DNA of 64,000 nt, taken from positions 76,508,001-76,572,000 of the forward strand of contig OX597824.1 in NCBI GenBank assembly GCA_951406725.2, in the 5' to 3' direction. The notes below the pieces were generated by a model. That model made no database searches. It had not been told where the DNA came from and worked only from the letters and a program-made list of their open reading frames with translations. The stretch's first letter is position 1; every line of letters starts with the position of its first letter. Origin of the DNA: Octopus vulgaris (lineage: Eukaryota). Of this stretch, positions 13,390 through 27,012 are shown piece by piece. Both the position numbers and the translations under genes were made by a program.

Positions 13390-13664
13390 CACAAAGTATT
13401 TACTAATTCTTTGCGGATATTTACAAATATTTGATATTTACAAATTTATATTTGATGGGTAAATTCAAGTTAGTATTTTATCATAATTAGTTGACTTCAG
13501 TTGCTTGTTGGTTTCGTCAACTGTATCACTAAAATTTCGGTTTCTGTTCCTGTTACTGCGACATTATCTTCGTTTCGTTTCACTTTTTGTTTTAATTTTG
13601 TTCATTATGAAATTATTCGGTATTGGAGAAAAACTGTTTTGTCCAAAGTAATATTATCGCTTTA

Positions 13665-13930
13665 TAAAAGGGTAAAGCCTCCTTCTGTCATGAATGACCA
13701 TGAGACTGGAGCTAGAAAGTTCCTCTCCGAGGCACATGTCTGGGAAAGGCTATCTATGGAAGACCAGCAGTCGCCACCGATGTTATCGAAGGGAAAAACA
13801 AAGGCCGATACAGCTTGGCACCAGTGACATTCCCAACTCATTTCTACAGCTGAGTGAACTGAAGTAACATGAAATAAAATGTCTTGGTCAAGAATATAAC
13901 ACACAGCTCGGTCTAGGAATCGAACTCAAC
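13665..13930 (-). mobile_element. SINE family C, partial
   Basis: atggaagaccagcagtcgcc...gatacagcttggcaccagtgac matches the reverse complement of 27530-27867. Confidence 0.8.
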
Positions 13931-13949
13931 GCATCTTCACCAACGCTTT

Positions 13950-14240
13950 CCATTACAAAATATTTTTGTTTTCGAATCAAGGAAGCTATCGTATTTAACA
14001 AACTAAAACCAGCATTAAACAACTAACAAGGCTATGCGAAACAGACTGGCTACTACAACAACAAACACCAGTCTGCGAATGCCGCTACCTTCTCTCACAT
14101 ATCTGAGCAAAGATAACAACTATATGTCATCTCCTTTGTCTCCAGTGTCCTGATGAAGGGGTACTAACCCCCAAATATCGAAGAAATATAGCGTTAAACT
14201 TCAACTATAGTTCTGTATTCTATTTTGAATTTCATTTTGC
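13950..14240 (+). pseudogene. Penelope-like element 3' fragment (GIY-YIG C-terminus plus decayed hammerhead)
   Basis: RIKEAIVFNKLKPALNN*QG at 13973-14032; CTGATGA-a-gggg tactaa cccc at 14150. Confidence 0.65.
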
Positions 14241-15340
14241 ATTGTTTCGACCATAAGTTAATATCTGATAAATGTATATTTAAAAAAATAATTTAGCAAA
14301 GGTTTTTTGCTTAAGTGTTCTTTAATTTTATATACTTCATTTTCTTTTTGTCGATATGTTTATGATATTTCCTCTTTTTACAGCTAAACATTTCTGTTAT
14401 CGATCTATCAACAAATATCGATATATCTCCTGTTTAATTATCTCAATATGTCTCTTTCCCACGTTGTGTGTTTTGGGCTTAAGTGATTCTGTACGAGATG
14501 TTATGCAGGAGTATACATTTTCCTTTCTGACAATTAGCGTTGCCGTGTATATATTACAATATTTTTTGCGCCATGTTAGACACAGCTTTATGGAAGACGC
14601 ACACTGATTTAAAAAAATGTAATTCTAAGAACCAAAAGAAAAAAACCCCAGAAAATTATATATAACAAAACAAATGATTGGGCAGTGCCCGGTGGGGTCT
14701 ACTAAATGCCTGTTATGAGAAAAAGTTGGTGAGCTAACCAGCGTGGTTCTCATACCCTCTGACGTTGAATGAAATCATCAGTCAATTTCTTTATTAACCA
14801 TGAGGTTGAGAAAATGAGGGGACGATACGAGGACAGACAAAACGAACATTGGGTTCAGTGTATCGAATGAGACGAAACGTATGAATAAACAAACAATTAA
14901 AATATATACAATTAAATGAGAATGAGTTATTTACAAAAAATGAATCTTAGGACGCGGTCGACCCCACAAACCACATACTCACACTGAAGACTTTCCTTTC
15001 TCCTTTTTATATTCTCGTTTAAACAGGTTCTTTCACTCGCAACATACTTGCTATATACTTCCATCTTTTACGAAACACACTTTGCAACTACCGAAAGGAA
15101 GCTTAAATATATAGTGCATGTGTTATGTGTGTGTATCAGGTGAACAGATGCAAGAGGAATGTGTCTTTGAAGTAAACAAATGAGTGAATTGATTCATAGT
15201 TAAAAATAATTTTTTCACTGGACTTAATTTGTGGTTGGTAATCATAATTCTTCACTACATGCAAAATGTTTACAACTGCTGCGAGTTGCTAGAAATGGAA
15301 ACAGAGTATATCTGTGGAAGTGGTGTGTCAGAAATGAATA

Positions 15341-15517
15341 TGTTTTTCCCTTCGAAAACATCGGTGGCGACTGCTGGCCTTCCATAGATAACCTTTCCCA
15401 GACATGTGCCTCGGAGAGGAATTTTCTAGGTCCAATCTCATGGTCATTCATGACCGAAGAGAGCTTTACCGTTTTATAAAGCGATAATATTACTTTAGAC
15501 AAAACAGTTTTTCTCCA
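15341..15517. repeat. Inverted duplicate of 13624-13800
   Basis: ~177 bp, ~90% identical; includes the SINE-C 3' part and non-SINE flank. Confidence 0.85.
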
Positions 15518-15521
15518 CTGA

Positions 15522-15730
15522 TAAACACAGACAGGACAATCAACAACAGACAAACAGACTAAGTCGATTACATCGACCCCTGTACGTAACTGGTACTTAA
15601 TTTATCGACCCCGAAAGGATGAAAGGCAAAGTTGACTTCGGCGGAATTTGAACTCAGAACGTAACAGCAGACGAAATACGGTTGCGTATTTCGCCCGGCG
15701 TACTAACGTTTCTGCCAGCTCACCGCCTTG
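15522..15730 (-). mobile_element. SINE family B
   Basis: atcgaccccgaaaggatgaaaggcaaag...ctgccagctcaccgcc. Confidence 0.88.
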
Positions 15731-16202
15731 GCCTTGTATCTAAATTAAGAAGAATAATATCATTAAACAGTGGTGTGCTGCCACAGTCATCAAAGTGTTG
15801 GAAAGAAACACTTTGAGGCATTTTTTCCGACACTTTAAGTTCTAAGATCAAATACCACTAAGTGCAACATTATTTTCATCCTTTTAGAATTGATAAAATT
15901 ATATACCAGTTAAGTACTGCAGTCAAAAGTATCAAGTAATCCTTTCCATTCAAAATTTCTGGCCTTGTGCTGAAATAGAAAATTATTCTTTAAGATGGAA
16001 AAGTGGCAAGGTGGCAGAACTGTTAGTGCGTCGAACGAAATGCTTAATTGATGTTTCTTTCGGCTTTGAGTTCAAATCCTGTGGAATTCAACTCTGCGTT
16101 TCATCTGTTTGGGGTCGATAAAATTAAGTATCAGACAAGTACTGGGATCGCTGTAATCGACTTGCTCAAAGCCCTCACCATTTCTGGACTTTGATCAGAT
16201 GG

Positions 16203-16485
16203 TGGAGGCGCAATCGCCCAGTGGTTACGGCAGCGAACTCGCAGTCGTAGGATCGCGGTTTCGATTCCCAGACCGGGCGTTAAAGCTCAACGAGTTTCCA
16301 GCAGAGGTCGTTGGCGATCCCTGCTGTACTCTTTCGACACAACTTTCTCTCATTTTTTCTTCTGTTGGACTGCTCGCTTAGCCAGCGGGGTGGCGTCATT
16401 TGAAGGCTAAAACAATGCGAAGCGCATTGTGACCAGCAATGTGTAGCAACATCTGATAGCCTGGTCGGTCACGTGATCACGTGAT
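16203..16485 (+). mobile_element. SINE family D (tail type 1)
   Basis: tRNA-like head ggaggcgcaatcgcccagtggtta...ggtttcgattccc; tail ggtcggtcacgtgatcacgtgat also present inverted at 63961-64000. Confidence 0.82.
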
Positions 16486-16499
16486 GTATATATATATAT

Positions 16500-16748
16500 A
16501 TTTATGTGTGTCTTTGTGTTTATATTCGTATCCCTCCCCATCGCTTGACAACAGATATTGGTATGCTTACGTCCCCGTTAACTTAGCGGTTTGGCAAAAG
16601 TGACCAATAAAACAAGTACTTGGGCTTACGAAGAATAAATCTTGGGGTCGATTTCTTCGCCGAAAATACCCCATACCCTATATACCGTATATAGTGGTGA
16701 TCCAGCATGGCTGCAGTCAAATAACAGGAACAAGTAAAAGAATAAAAG
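16500..16748 (+). mobile_element. SINE family A, 3' half
   Basis: atcgcttgacaac...ccagcatggctgcagtcaaataacaggaacaagtaaaag. Confidence 0.8.
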
Positions 16749-18539
16749 GAATTCAAGCAATTACGGTCAAAGGTATCGATTAATCCTTTCCACTAGAAAT
16801 TTTTATGCCTTGGGCCTAAATCAGAAACCATTATGTAAGACATAAAGCAGCAAGGTGAGAAAAATTTTGGCTGCTAGTTCTAGCGTGTTTATCAGCCACT
16901 TCGAAACTCCCTACTAATCAGAGATAATAATATACAGAAGTGTTTCCAGTTTGTCTATTCTATATCTATTCTACGATTCCATTTCCCCCAATTTTTTGTT
17001 TTACCTTTATCGTTACCATATATTGTTATTATTATATCTAGGAGTGTAAGAACGTATTTTGCTTGGTCCATAGAAAGAAATCTTATTGATTTTTAAATTC
17101 TTTAACTACACCCACCTTCACATAATTATTTCCTACTTTCAGATATTTCTGCATTTAGATCTTTCTCATCTACAATTCCGTTCATATTTACGTTGGTGCA
17201 GTTCCAGTTTGGCTTTTATTGGTCGATAGTCTGTAGGTATATACAAGGTGTTTTTATTTCTCCATTCCTTATATATTTATTTTGCATGCACAACGAATAT
17301 CTTATTGATTTTTTTCGCAACGTTTATAGATTCAAAAAAAAAAAATTTAAATATTCATTCTTTGTATATTTCTTGGAGCATTTTTCTCCTCTTTTTTTTT
17401 GTCTGTATCTCTGTATATTTATTCTTATCGATATTCTATTTCTAGGACTGGTATTTCCCCTGCTCCTCTTCTTTTTTCTTGTATTTAAGAAAGTATCTTC
17501 CTAAATTAGCAAATCTGTTTGGGGTCCACAGTTGTGTTTATATCAAGTTTATTATCTCTCCATGAACAAGACGTACCAATTCAGTTTTACCAAGGGAGTG
17601 TAGGCGTATTGCTATTTATATAATACTTGTTGCTTTTGTTGTTTTTGTTATTATGGTTGTTACCAACAAGACTAACGTAACGTCCCTAAAATTATGCTCG
17701 AATTTCGAAAAAACAAGCAAACACTAACCTACATATATACATATACACATACATACATATACACATTTACATACATACATTATATACATACATACATACA
17801 TACATACAAACAAACAAACATACATACATATATACAAACAAACATACATACATACATACATACGTACATACATACCTACATACATAAATGCATACAAACA
17901 TACATACATGCATACAAACATACATACATACATACATACATACATACATGCATACAAACATACATACATACATACATACATAAATACATACATAAATAAA
18001 TAAATACATACATACGCACGTATGTACATGTATATGCGTCTGTTAGAAAGAAATGTGTGTAATGTGTATGCGTGTATATAAATTTATTACTACCGTATTT
18101 TCAAACATGTACACTTGTTTCGTGCACACATGTATGTATATTGTGCATACATATATGTATATTTTGTGAATGCATGTTTGTATGTGTGAGTGTGCGTGTG
18201 TGTATGTGTGTGTATTTGTGTGTGTGTCTGTGTGTTTGTAGGTGTGTGATTGTGGCTATATATATGTACATGTATGGCTTTTTCAAACTGAGAATATTCT
18301 TCAGATTCTAGTTGCACGCCATTCAAAACAGCATGTTACTTTCTTTGCAATCTCATGCTGATTTTTGCTATTTCAGATTGGGTCTGATTAATTCTTTTGC
18401 GTACAACAATCATTTTCGTTGGTTGGCCCCTAAATGATGCTTTTTTTCCGGCATTGCTTATGGACTAAGCAATTCCTAACCAGTCAAGTTGTTTTTTCAT
18501 TGTTTCTCGACTTGGATGATTCTGATTTTATCTTCCAAG

Positions 18540-18845
18540 TCGTGAAGGACGGCCGCGACAATCCAACAAGCGTCCATTTCTGGTGGTATCTCCAGTATTT
18601 TTATCTTGGCGACGAGCCGTCCCAAGTATGTTGAAAGTAGGACAAGTTCACTGTTTCTCAGCTGGGTTGTTGAATGTTGTTTTGCTACGTCTTCTGTAGC
18701 AAATCTAACTTCAATTGTGCCGCATTCAACTGCTTGTTTTGTGTCGGTTTCTATACGTTTATTTTTTTATGATATAGTTTTGTACACTATGGTACGTTTG
18801 TTTGTTTTCCCTATCAAAACACATCTTTCGGTTTTTCTTTTTAAA
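18540..18845 (-). pseudogene. Degraded LINE ORF1-like relic, homolog of 50382-50995
   Basis: GTIEVRFATEDVAKQHSTTQLRNSELVLLSTYLGRLVAKIKILEIPPEMDACWI aligns to TISLLFDTPE*ARNFARQPLEGSEILFLP*YYGRKLIRAWV. Confidence 0.6.
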
Positions 18846-18893
18846 ATGTTTCTGTAGTCTTTGAGAGATTCTAAAGAAATATTTATAAATTCA

Positions 18894-19285
18894 CTAGCAG
18901 TACCACCCGGCGTTGCTCGGGTTTGTGTCGACGCTTTAGAATTGGTATTTTTGAAAAGTAAAAACATTTGCATTATGTAGCTTGTTATTCTCTTTAAGTG
19001 AACATTTTTCTGGTTGAAATACACCGAAAAATGGCGACACAGCAGTCAAAAATCGTAAAAAATAGGGATTTTCATAGAAAAAAAAGCAACTTTTTGATGT
19101 AAATAATTTTTGGTCTTAACATGGTCCGATTTGAATTTTATCTTCTACGAAATGAAGAGCAAGCCTTCTATCATACTCTCAACTTTGGTCAACTTGCGCC
19201 GCTGGGACTCGGAGGAGATAGTGTTAGTTGAAGGCTACCAAACCTGCCACACACAGACAACTTCAGCCGTATATATATATATAGA
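18894..19285 (-). mobile_element. Non-autonomous Helitron
   Basis: Minus strand A|TC 5' end; 3' hairpin cccgagcaacgccggg followed by CTAG|T. Confidence 0.8.
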
Positions 19286-19813
19286 TTGCTTGGTTTTGCT
19301 GTTGAAATAAAACCTCGGCTGTTGAATGCATTAATATGTTCTTGATGGGTGTTCATTGTGTTGGAGTAGTGGGTGGACTTGGATTCACAGGTGTTGCGAC
19401 GCTAGCAGTGTCCATTAGCTGAATTTCCTTGCTCTTTTCCTCTTCTTTCTCGCGTTTCTTTTCTTCCTTTTCTTTCTGTTACTCAGCGTTGCACGTGCGA
19501 GCAAGACTTTGGACGTCCGTCTCTCTGCTTTTTAAGGCGCGGAGTGGGCGGAGATAATTAATTTCAACACTTTTTTTTTTGGCTGTCTTCTGACAGCGAA
19601 GGGGGAGAAATCGAAAAGAAAAGAAGAGCTGACATTCATTTCCAAGGATATTTTTACAAATTCTAAAAATGGTAAAATGAAAAAATGGAGAATTTAAATC
19701 GAAAATTCGCCCCCAGAAGGAGAAAAGTTTTGCCTAACTGCTCAGCTCAGCAAGAGCCCAGTCGGCCAGGCCACAGACATGTCGTAAAAAAAGTTTCAGA
19801 TGCAACGATATTA

Positions 19814-20321
19814 TCTGTAAAAACTGTAGTTGTGTGAGTGTCTGTCCCCTTCGATTTAGATTCCTAACTACTCCCAGATTTTGCGGTGCAGTTTAACCAA
19901 ATTCGGGTATCTTATAGTCGTGATTCATATCGAGCCCGTCTGGCTATTAGCGCGCGTCAACGTTGAGTCTACGATTTTAAAAATAATTTAACATCATTTT
20001 TTATTCCATTTTAATGCATAATCTTTCGTGTGTCAATGGCGGCGGAGTTGGCATCCACGCTCACAGCTGCACCTGTTTGCTTCTCCCCCTTCTTCCCTCC
20101 CTCGTGAAGCTGTGGGGAAGGGAGTGTAAAGAAATCAATGTCGTAATGCGTTGTCAAGGAGACCAGCGTTCTTTTAGAACACCGACTTCATGGCTTGAAG
20201 ACACCAAAACAAAAATGGCTAAGAAAGCCCGAATTGGCATCTATAAGGGAAGTAACTCTCTAAAAATGCTTATATAGTTATTTCCCTTACAAACCCGAGC
20301 AACGCCGTGCGATACTGCTAG
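19814..20321 (+). mobile_element. Non-autonomous Helitron
   Basis: A|TC start; 3' end cccgagcaacgccgtgcgatactgCTAG|T, matching the terminus of 18894-19285. Confidence 0.75.
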
Positions 20322-20585
20322 TTATCTGTAAAAATTGCACGAAAATTTACAGCTCACGAACACACGTCCGTCTTCATTGAAATCCACGAGCTGAGTCTTA
20401 AATAATAATAGTTATTATTATAATCCTTTCTACTGGAGGCACAAGGCCTCAAATTTGTGGGCAGGAGACGTGTCAATTACATCAACCCCTGTGTTTCACT
20501 GATACTTGACATATTGGCTCAGAAAGGATGAAAAGCAAAGTCGATGTCGGCGAAATTTGATTATGATAATAATAATAATAATAAT

Positions 20586-20817
20586 CTTTTACTTGTTTCA
20601 GTCATTTGACTGCGGCCATGCCGGAGCACCGCCTTTAGTCGAGCAAATCGACCCCAGGACTTATTCCATGTAAGCCTAGTGCTTATTCTATCGGTCTCTT
20701 TTGCCGAACCGCTAAGTTACGGGGACGTAAACACACCAGCATCAGTTGTCAAGCGATGTTGGGGGGGACAAACACTGACACACAAACGCACACATACATA
20801 TATACATACATACACAC

Positions 20818-20878
<61 letters not shown>

Positions 20879-21032
20879 CGACAGGCTTCTTTCAGTTTCC
20901 GCCTACAAAATCCACTCACAAGGCTCTGGTCGGCCCGAGGCTATAGTAGTAGAAGACGCTTGCCCAAGGTGCCACGCAGTGAGAATGAACCCGGAACCAT
21001 GTGGTTGGTAAACAAGCTACTTACCACACAGG
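20586..21032 (-). mobile_element. SINE family A
   Basis: Near-consensus tail-to-head match. Confidence 0.9.
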
Positions 21033-21194
21033 CAAAGCTAATCATCCAGACATAATAATCAAGGATTAAGAAACAAATAATAATAATAATAATAAAACAT
21101 CTGCCTACAAGGTTTGAAAGTGGGAATGCAGTGGGAATGAACCTGGAATCATGTGGTTGGGAAGCAAGCTTTTTACCACACTGTCACGCATACT

Positions 21195-21595
21195 CTTTTA
21201 CTCTTGACTGCGGCCATGCTGGAGCACCGCCTTTAGTCGAGCAAATCGACCCCGGGACTTATTCTTTGTAAGCCCAGTACTTATTCTATCGGTCTCTTTT
21301 GCCGAACCGCTAAGTTACGGGGACGTAAACACACCAGCATTGGTTGTCAAGCAATGCTAGGGGGACAAACACAGACACACAAACACACACACACACACAC
21401 ACACCTATATAAATATATATATACATATATACGACAGGCTTCTTTCAGTTTCCGTCTACCAAATCCACTCACAAGGCTTTGGTCGGCCCGAGGCTATAGT
21501 AGAAGACACTTGCCCAAGGTGCCACGCAGTGGGACTGAACCCGGAACCATGTGGTTGGTTAGCAAGCTACTTACCACACAGCCACTCCTGCGCCT
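21195..21595 (-). mobile_element. SINE family A, young
   Basis: Near-consensus; ends ccactcctgcgcct. Confidence 0.92.
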
Positions 21596-22515
21596 ATCTT
21601 TTTTTTTCTATTTTTGTTTTTACAAGTCAGGCCTACATCTAATTTTTATTTCACACTTATATCTTTTTAGAAAATTATAACTCAAATTACTAAACATTAC
21701 GCATCCAACAACAACAGCAAATCGACTTCCCCGATTTTAGGAGTAAATTTACCTAAAGTTTTTCAACACCCTGTCCTAAACGATTGCAAGACGGAATAGG
21801 AATTAAAAACGGAATGGGAGAATTTACGCAAAATGTTCACGAAAGATTTGGAATGATGAGCTGAGTTGATGTGAGATTAGATGCAACGAGAAGAGATGAA
21901 ATTGCGTGGTGTGAGATGGTTGGAAGGAGGGAGAGAAAGAAAGAGGAAGAAGGAAAAGAAAAATCTCTCATTCACAAACATTGTTCGAACGTAAATTCAA
22001 ATTCCTATCATGTACACATATATATTATTAATCCGTCATGCGTTCGTCCAACAATGAGCGATTCGCACGTAACAACAACAGTTTTTGTTCTATCGTTTCA
22101 TTCTTTCTCTCTCTCGATTCCTTGTTATTTCATTTACAAGATGGTATCGTATTACATTAGAAGAGAAACGGAAAAAGGTAGGGATGATGGTGGCGGCGGT
22201 AGCGCTTGTATTAATGTTATGGGAACGTTGAAGTGAACAAATACTTGGAAACTACAATGAAATGCCAGTTCTAATTAAATGAATGCGATTCAGCCAACAA
22301 GTTTCCATAGGAAAAAGCTTGATTACTTCTCTAGCTTCTATGGCAATGCTACGAATAATGTTTACTCTCTGTCAGTACAACTGCGCTTGACATGGCTTAC
22401 ATGCACAAATACATACATACATACGTATGTATCCTGCCTACCTTTATCTATCCCCACTCTTGCGACGCACGCATACACAAACACATACATTAAATGATAG
22501 AGATTGATAGAGAGA

Positions 22516-22703
22516 TAGGTGTAGGAGTGGCTGTGAGGTAAGTAGCTTATTTACGAACCACATGGTTCCGTGTTCAGTCCCACTGCGTGACACCGTGGGC
22601 AAGTGTTTTCCACTATAGCCTCGGGCCGACCAAAGCCTTGTGAGTGGATTTGGTAGACGGAAACTGAAAGAACCTGTCGTATATATATATATATGTATGT
22701 ATA

Positions 22704-22768
<65 letters not shown>

Positions 22769-23012
22769 GTATGCATGTAATGCATGTGTGTGCATGTGTT
22801 TGTGTGTCTATGTTTGTCCCTCAGCATCGCTTGACAACTGATGCTGGTGTGTTTACGCCCCCGTAACTTAGCGGTACGGCAAAAGAAACCGATAAAATAT
22901 GTACTAGGCTTACAAAGAACAAGCCCTGGTGTGGATTTCTTCGACTAAATTTGGTGCCCCAGCATGGCCGCAGTCAAATGACTGAAACAAGTAAAAGAGT
23001 AAAGAGTAAAGA
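22516..23012 (+). mobile_element. SINE family A
   Basis: aggtgtaggagtggctgtgagg head through aaagagtaaagag tail. Confidence 0.9.
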
Positions 23013-23296
23013 GACAGCCCTGAGTTGCACGCTGCCGGTTTTTCAGACGTACCGATGTAGGGAAGCAGCATGTCAATATTAAAGCATTAGCCGAAGCATT
23101 CGTAAAAATTCACTGGTACTTCCTTTCTATTAATAGGCACAAGACCTGAAATTATGGATGAGGGTACTTGACTGGTACTTTATTTTATCGACCCCGAGAA
23201 GATGAAAGGTAAATTTGACCTCGGCAAGTCAGATGAAATGCTTCCAAGCCTTTTTTGAGATGCGCTCACAATTTTGCCAAAAGATACATGCGTATA

Positions 23297-23359
<63 letters not shown>

Positions 23360-23439
23360 GTACATAATTATCTCTCTGCTTGTCTATCTGTCTTTTACTT
23401 TCTCTCTCTCTCTCTTTCTCTCTATAATAGGATTATATT

Positions 23440-23630
23440 GTGACCCCCTTCGGTCATATATGACCATGGGATTGCACCTAGAAAGTAACCCTTCCAGGTA
23501 CAAGTCTGGGCAAGGTTGTTTATGGAAGACCAGCAGTCGTCCACTCATACCGGCCTCCCCTCTCCACACCACCAGTGTTATCCAAGGGAAAGGCAAAGGC
23601 CGATACAGCTTGGCACCAGTGAGGTCGCAG
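23440..23630 (-). mobile_element. SINE family C, 3' part
   Basis: gacccccttcggtcat...gatacagcttggcaccagtg. Confidence 0.85.
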
Positions 23631-23634
23631 TTCA

Positions 23635-23950
23635 TTTATTAACGTGCAAGTGGCTGAGCACTCCACAGACACGTGTATCCTTAACGTAGTTCTCGGAGAG
23701 ATTCAGCGTGAAACAGAGTGTGACAAGGATGGCCCTTTGAAATACATGTACAACAGAAACAAGAAGAATGAATGAGAGAAAGTTGGGGCGATAGAGTACA
23801 GCAGGGGTCTCCACTACCCCCTGCAGGAGCCTCGTGGAGCTTTAGGTGTTTTCGCTCAATAACCACACACAACGCCCGGTCTGGGAATCGAAACCGCGAA
23901 ACTACGACCGCGAGTTCGCTGCCCTAACCACTGGGCCATTGCGTCTCCAC
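23635..23950 (-). mobile_element. SINE family D (tail type 2, truncated)
   Basis: Reverse complement of 42231-42530; head ccctaaccactgggccattgcgtctcc. Confidence 0.85.
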
Positions 23951-24363
23951 ATAATAGGATCAATCACCACGAATTGCTTGGTTACTGAAATAGCAATGCA
24001 ACCAATCACTTGTCGTTGTTTAATACTTTTGCAGGAGTACTGCCAGGGGATTTCAGTAAACATTTGATTGAAGTTGTTCATCAGCTACTAACGATGCAGC
24101 TGAAAGAAATGGGCTTTTGGATCAGAGCATTCTCCTTCAAATTCAAATCCGCTATTCAAAAGAAGCTGTTATTGTAAGAACAGAATTTGGGGACATGGAA
24201 TGGTAACAATAGAGAAAGGGGTTTAGACAAAGCTGCTTCAATTTCAGCATATGCATTGAAAAGCATCAAGAGGGAAGCAGATAAATTTCATGAGAAACAA
24301 TCTGAGATACGGCAGACAGCACAATCATGCTGGCAGAAAAATGAAAAGACATTCATCTAAATT

Positions 24364-24435
<72 letters not shown>

Positions 24436-24437
<2 letters not shown>

Positions 24438-24560
24438 ACAAAATGAAGTTGTAAGGTTTCACACGGGTGGAAATATATGTGAAAGAAGGTTTGAAAAATG
24501 CAATTTTAAAGATGTTTATTCACTTGACCGGTTTCACTTTTTAGAAAAAGTATGTCTGTG

Positions 24561-24615
<55 letters not shown>

Positions 24616-24878
24616 TACCAAACAAACATGATTTTTACTGAGCTCCTAATACTTTTGTTGAATATTTTCTTAAATACTTTCTTGTAAACTATTTTTAAAC
24701 ATTTTTCTTATTATTATCAAAGAATGTATATATGTATTTTAATACTTTTGTGATAACTAGTACTTAACAAAACAAAGCTTACACAAAGCTTTATATTTTA
24801 CTTTTGACAATGTTTTTCTAAAAAAAGTGAAACCGGTCAAGTGAATAAGCATCTTTAAAATTGCATTTTCAAACTGTC

Positions 24879-24883
<5 letters not shown>
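24436..24883. mobile_element. Inverted Penelope-like pLTR remnants in (TA)n with a variant hammerhead (24800-24842 +)
   Basis: 24480-24549 is the reverse complement of 24812-24883; actt-TTGACAA..GAA-accggt-C-aagt. Confidence 0.65.
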
Positions 24884-24926
<43 letters not shown>

Positions 24927-25079
24927 TTATGTACCCCATTGATACATCCTCAGACAGTTTCCGTCTTCCCAGTTTCTCTTACAAGGTGATTGATTTACCT
25001 GAGGATATGGTGCACAATGCATGCTCGAAGTGCTGTGCAATGGTATTGAACTTGAAACCATCTAAGTTTCAAGAATACA

Positions 25080-25455
25080 ATCGCGAATACTAGTGGCTGA
25101 AAAGGGGTTCCTCCGAAGAGTTTCTGGAGTAACTTTACTCGACAAGGAGCACTACTCGCAGATCAGGTCGAGCCGCTACTTCTCTGCATTGAAAAGTCCC
25201 AGCTCCGGTACTATGGATTTGAGATTAGAATGTTGCAGAAAGGAATCGGAAGACGGTTTCTTTTAAGCCGAGCCAATCCGTATGAGACGTAGGGGCAGAA
25301 TATGAACGAAATGGTTAGATGATGCCAACAGTCTTAGCTGGTTATGCTCGAGAATCCAGCTGGGAAGTCTAATGATGGATGATTATGATAGATTCCTGAA
25401 GACTCTACCCGCCAAGACTCTAGCAGGAATGGGGGACAGAGAAGACGGATGCTAC
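25080..25455 (+). pseudogene. RTE-clade LINE 3' fragment
   Basis: VEPLLLCIEKSQLRYYGFEIRM..RRRGR..KWLD resembles the RTE C-terminal QLRW.GH..RM..GRP..W.D. Confidence 0.7.
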
Positions 25456-25961
25456 CATCTTGGTTCGAGGAGAATTCAGTAATCAGAGAGTCATGCTTGC
25501 GTCTTGGTTTGTCATTCAATAGTGTGTGATAGATTTGGCTCCCACCGCCACTAAAAAACAACCCCTATCGCCCAGTTTTTGATTGATAGGGGTCGCGGAA
25601 GCAGAGGGAGTGGCAATGTTTGGACACACTATGAAATTATAAACATGTAAGTGATTTCAAAAGACGGAAAAACATCCCATTGGAACACAAGTATTAAAAT
25701 AGAGAAAAATACAGAAGCGTACGTACTTACACGCATAATGTATGGTTGCATATATGCATACATACGTACATACATACGTACATGCATACATATATACATA
25801 CAGACATGCGCACATAAACGAATAAGCACATACACAAAGTCAGAATTGAGAATCGATGTATCATGTGTACAGGTGTGAGCGTATCTTTGTATTCGTGTGT
25901 GTGTGTGTGCGTCTGTGTGAGCAAATAAGTTGCTTATACGTATATATATACATGCATATAT

Positions 25962-26009
<48 letters not shown>

Positions 26010-26205
26010 CACACACATACTTATATTACTTATTTATGCATATACATATATGTTAATATATATATATGGTTGTATATATGTGTGTATATATATATATATA
26101 TATGCACACGCATTCATATACATAAATATACACACTCACATGCATCTAACCACCAGCGCCTGAGTTTGAGTGAATGTTAATGTGTGCTAATGAGAAGTGA
26201 ATAGC

Positions 26206-26267
<62 letters not shown>

Positions 26268-26286
26268 TAATAATAATAATAATGAC

Positions 26287-26321
<35 letters not shown>

Positions 26322-26326
26322 CGATG

Positions 26327-26358
<32 letters not shown>

Positions 26359-26703
26359 CGTGATGATGATAACTAGATGTTTGGCTCTATAAGTTTTGTT
26401 TTGCGAATAGCAACTGTAAATAAGCGATGTATTGTCTCGATCTAAAACGATAACAAGAAGCTATATTGAAGAGGGGAAAATCGATTTACAACTGCTGAAA
26501 CACATTAACTCAGGCATAGGAAAAGAGAGACACAGTGAGAGGAAGAGAGAGAGAGAAAGAGAGAGAGGGAGAGAGAGTGAGAGAGAGAGCTGTTAATATT
26601 TTTGTTTGTTTTCTAGAGAACGTAATTAGTGCAACTCATTTGGTAGCGCATATCATTGGTTTTTGTAACGGGAACGTCGAAAATGAAATGCATAAACATA
26701 TAA

Positions 26704-26775
<72 letters not shown>

Positions 26776-26946
26776 CACACGCACACACACACATAAACAC
26801 ACACACTTGTATATATATATATATATATATATGCATGCACATGGATCTACATATATAAATGTCAACTTCAGTTATATTATTTCATTATATATGTGTGTGT
26901 ATATACATACATACATACATATACATATACATATATATATAAATAT

Positions 26947-27012
<66 letters not shown>

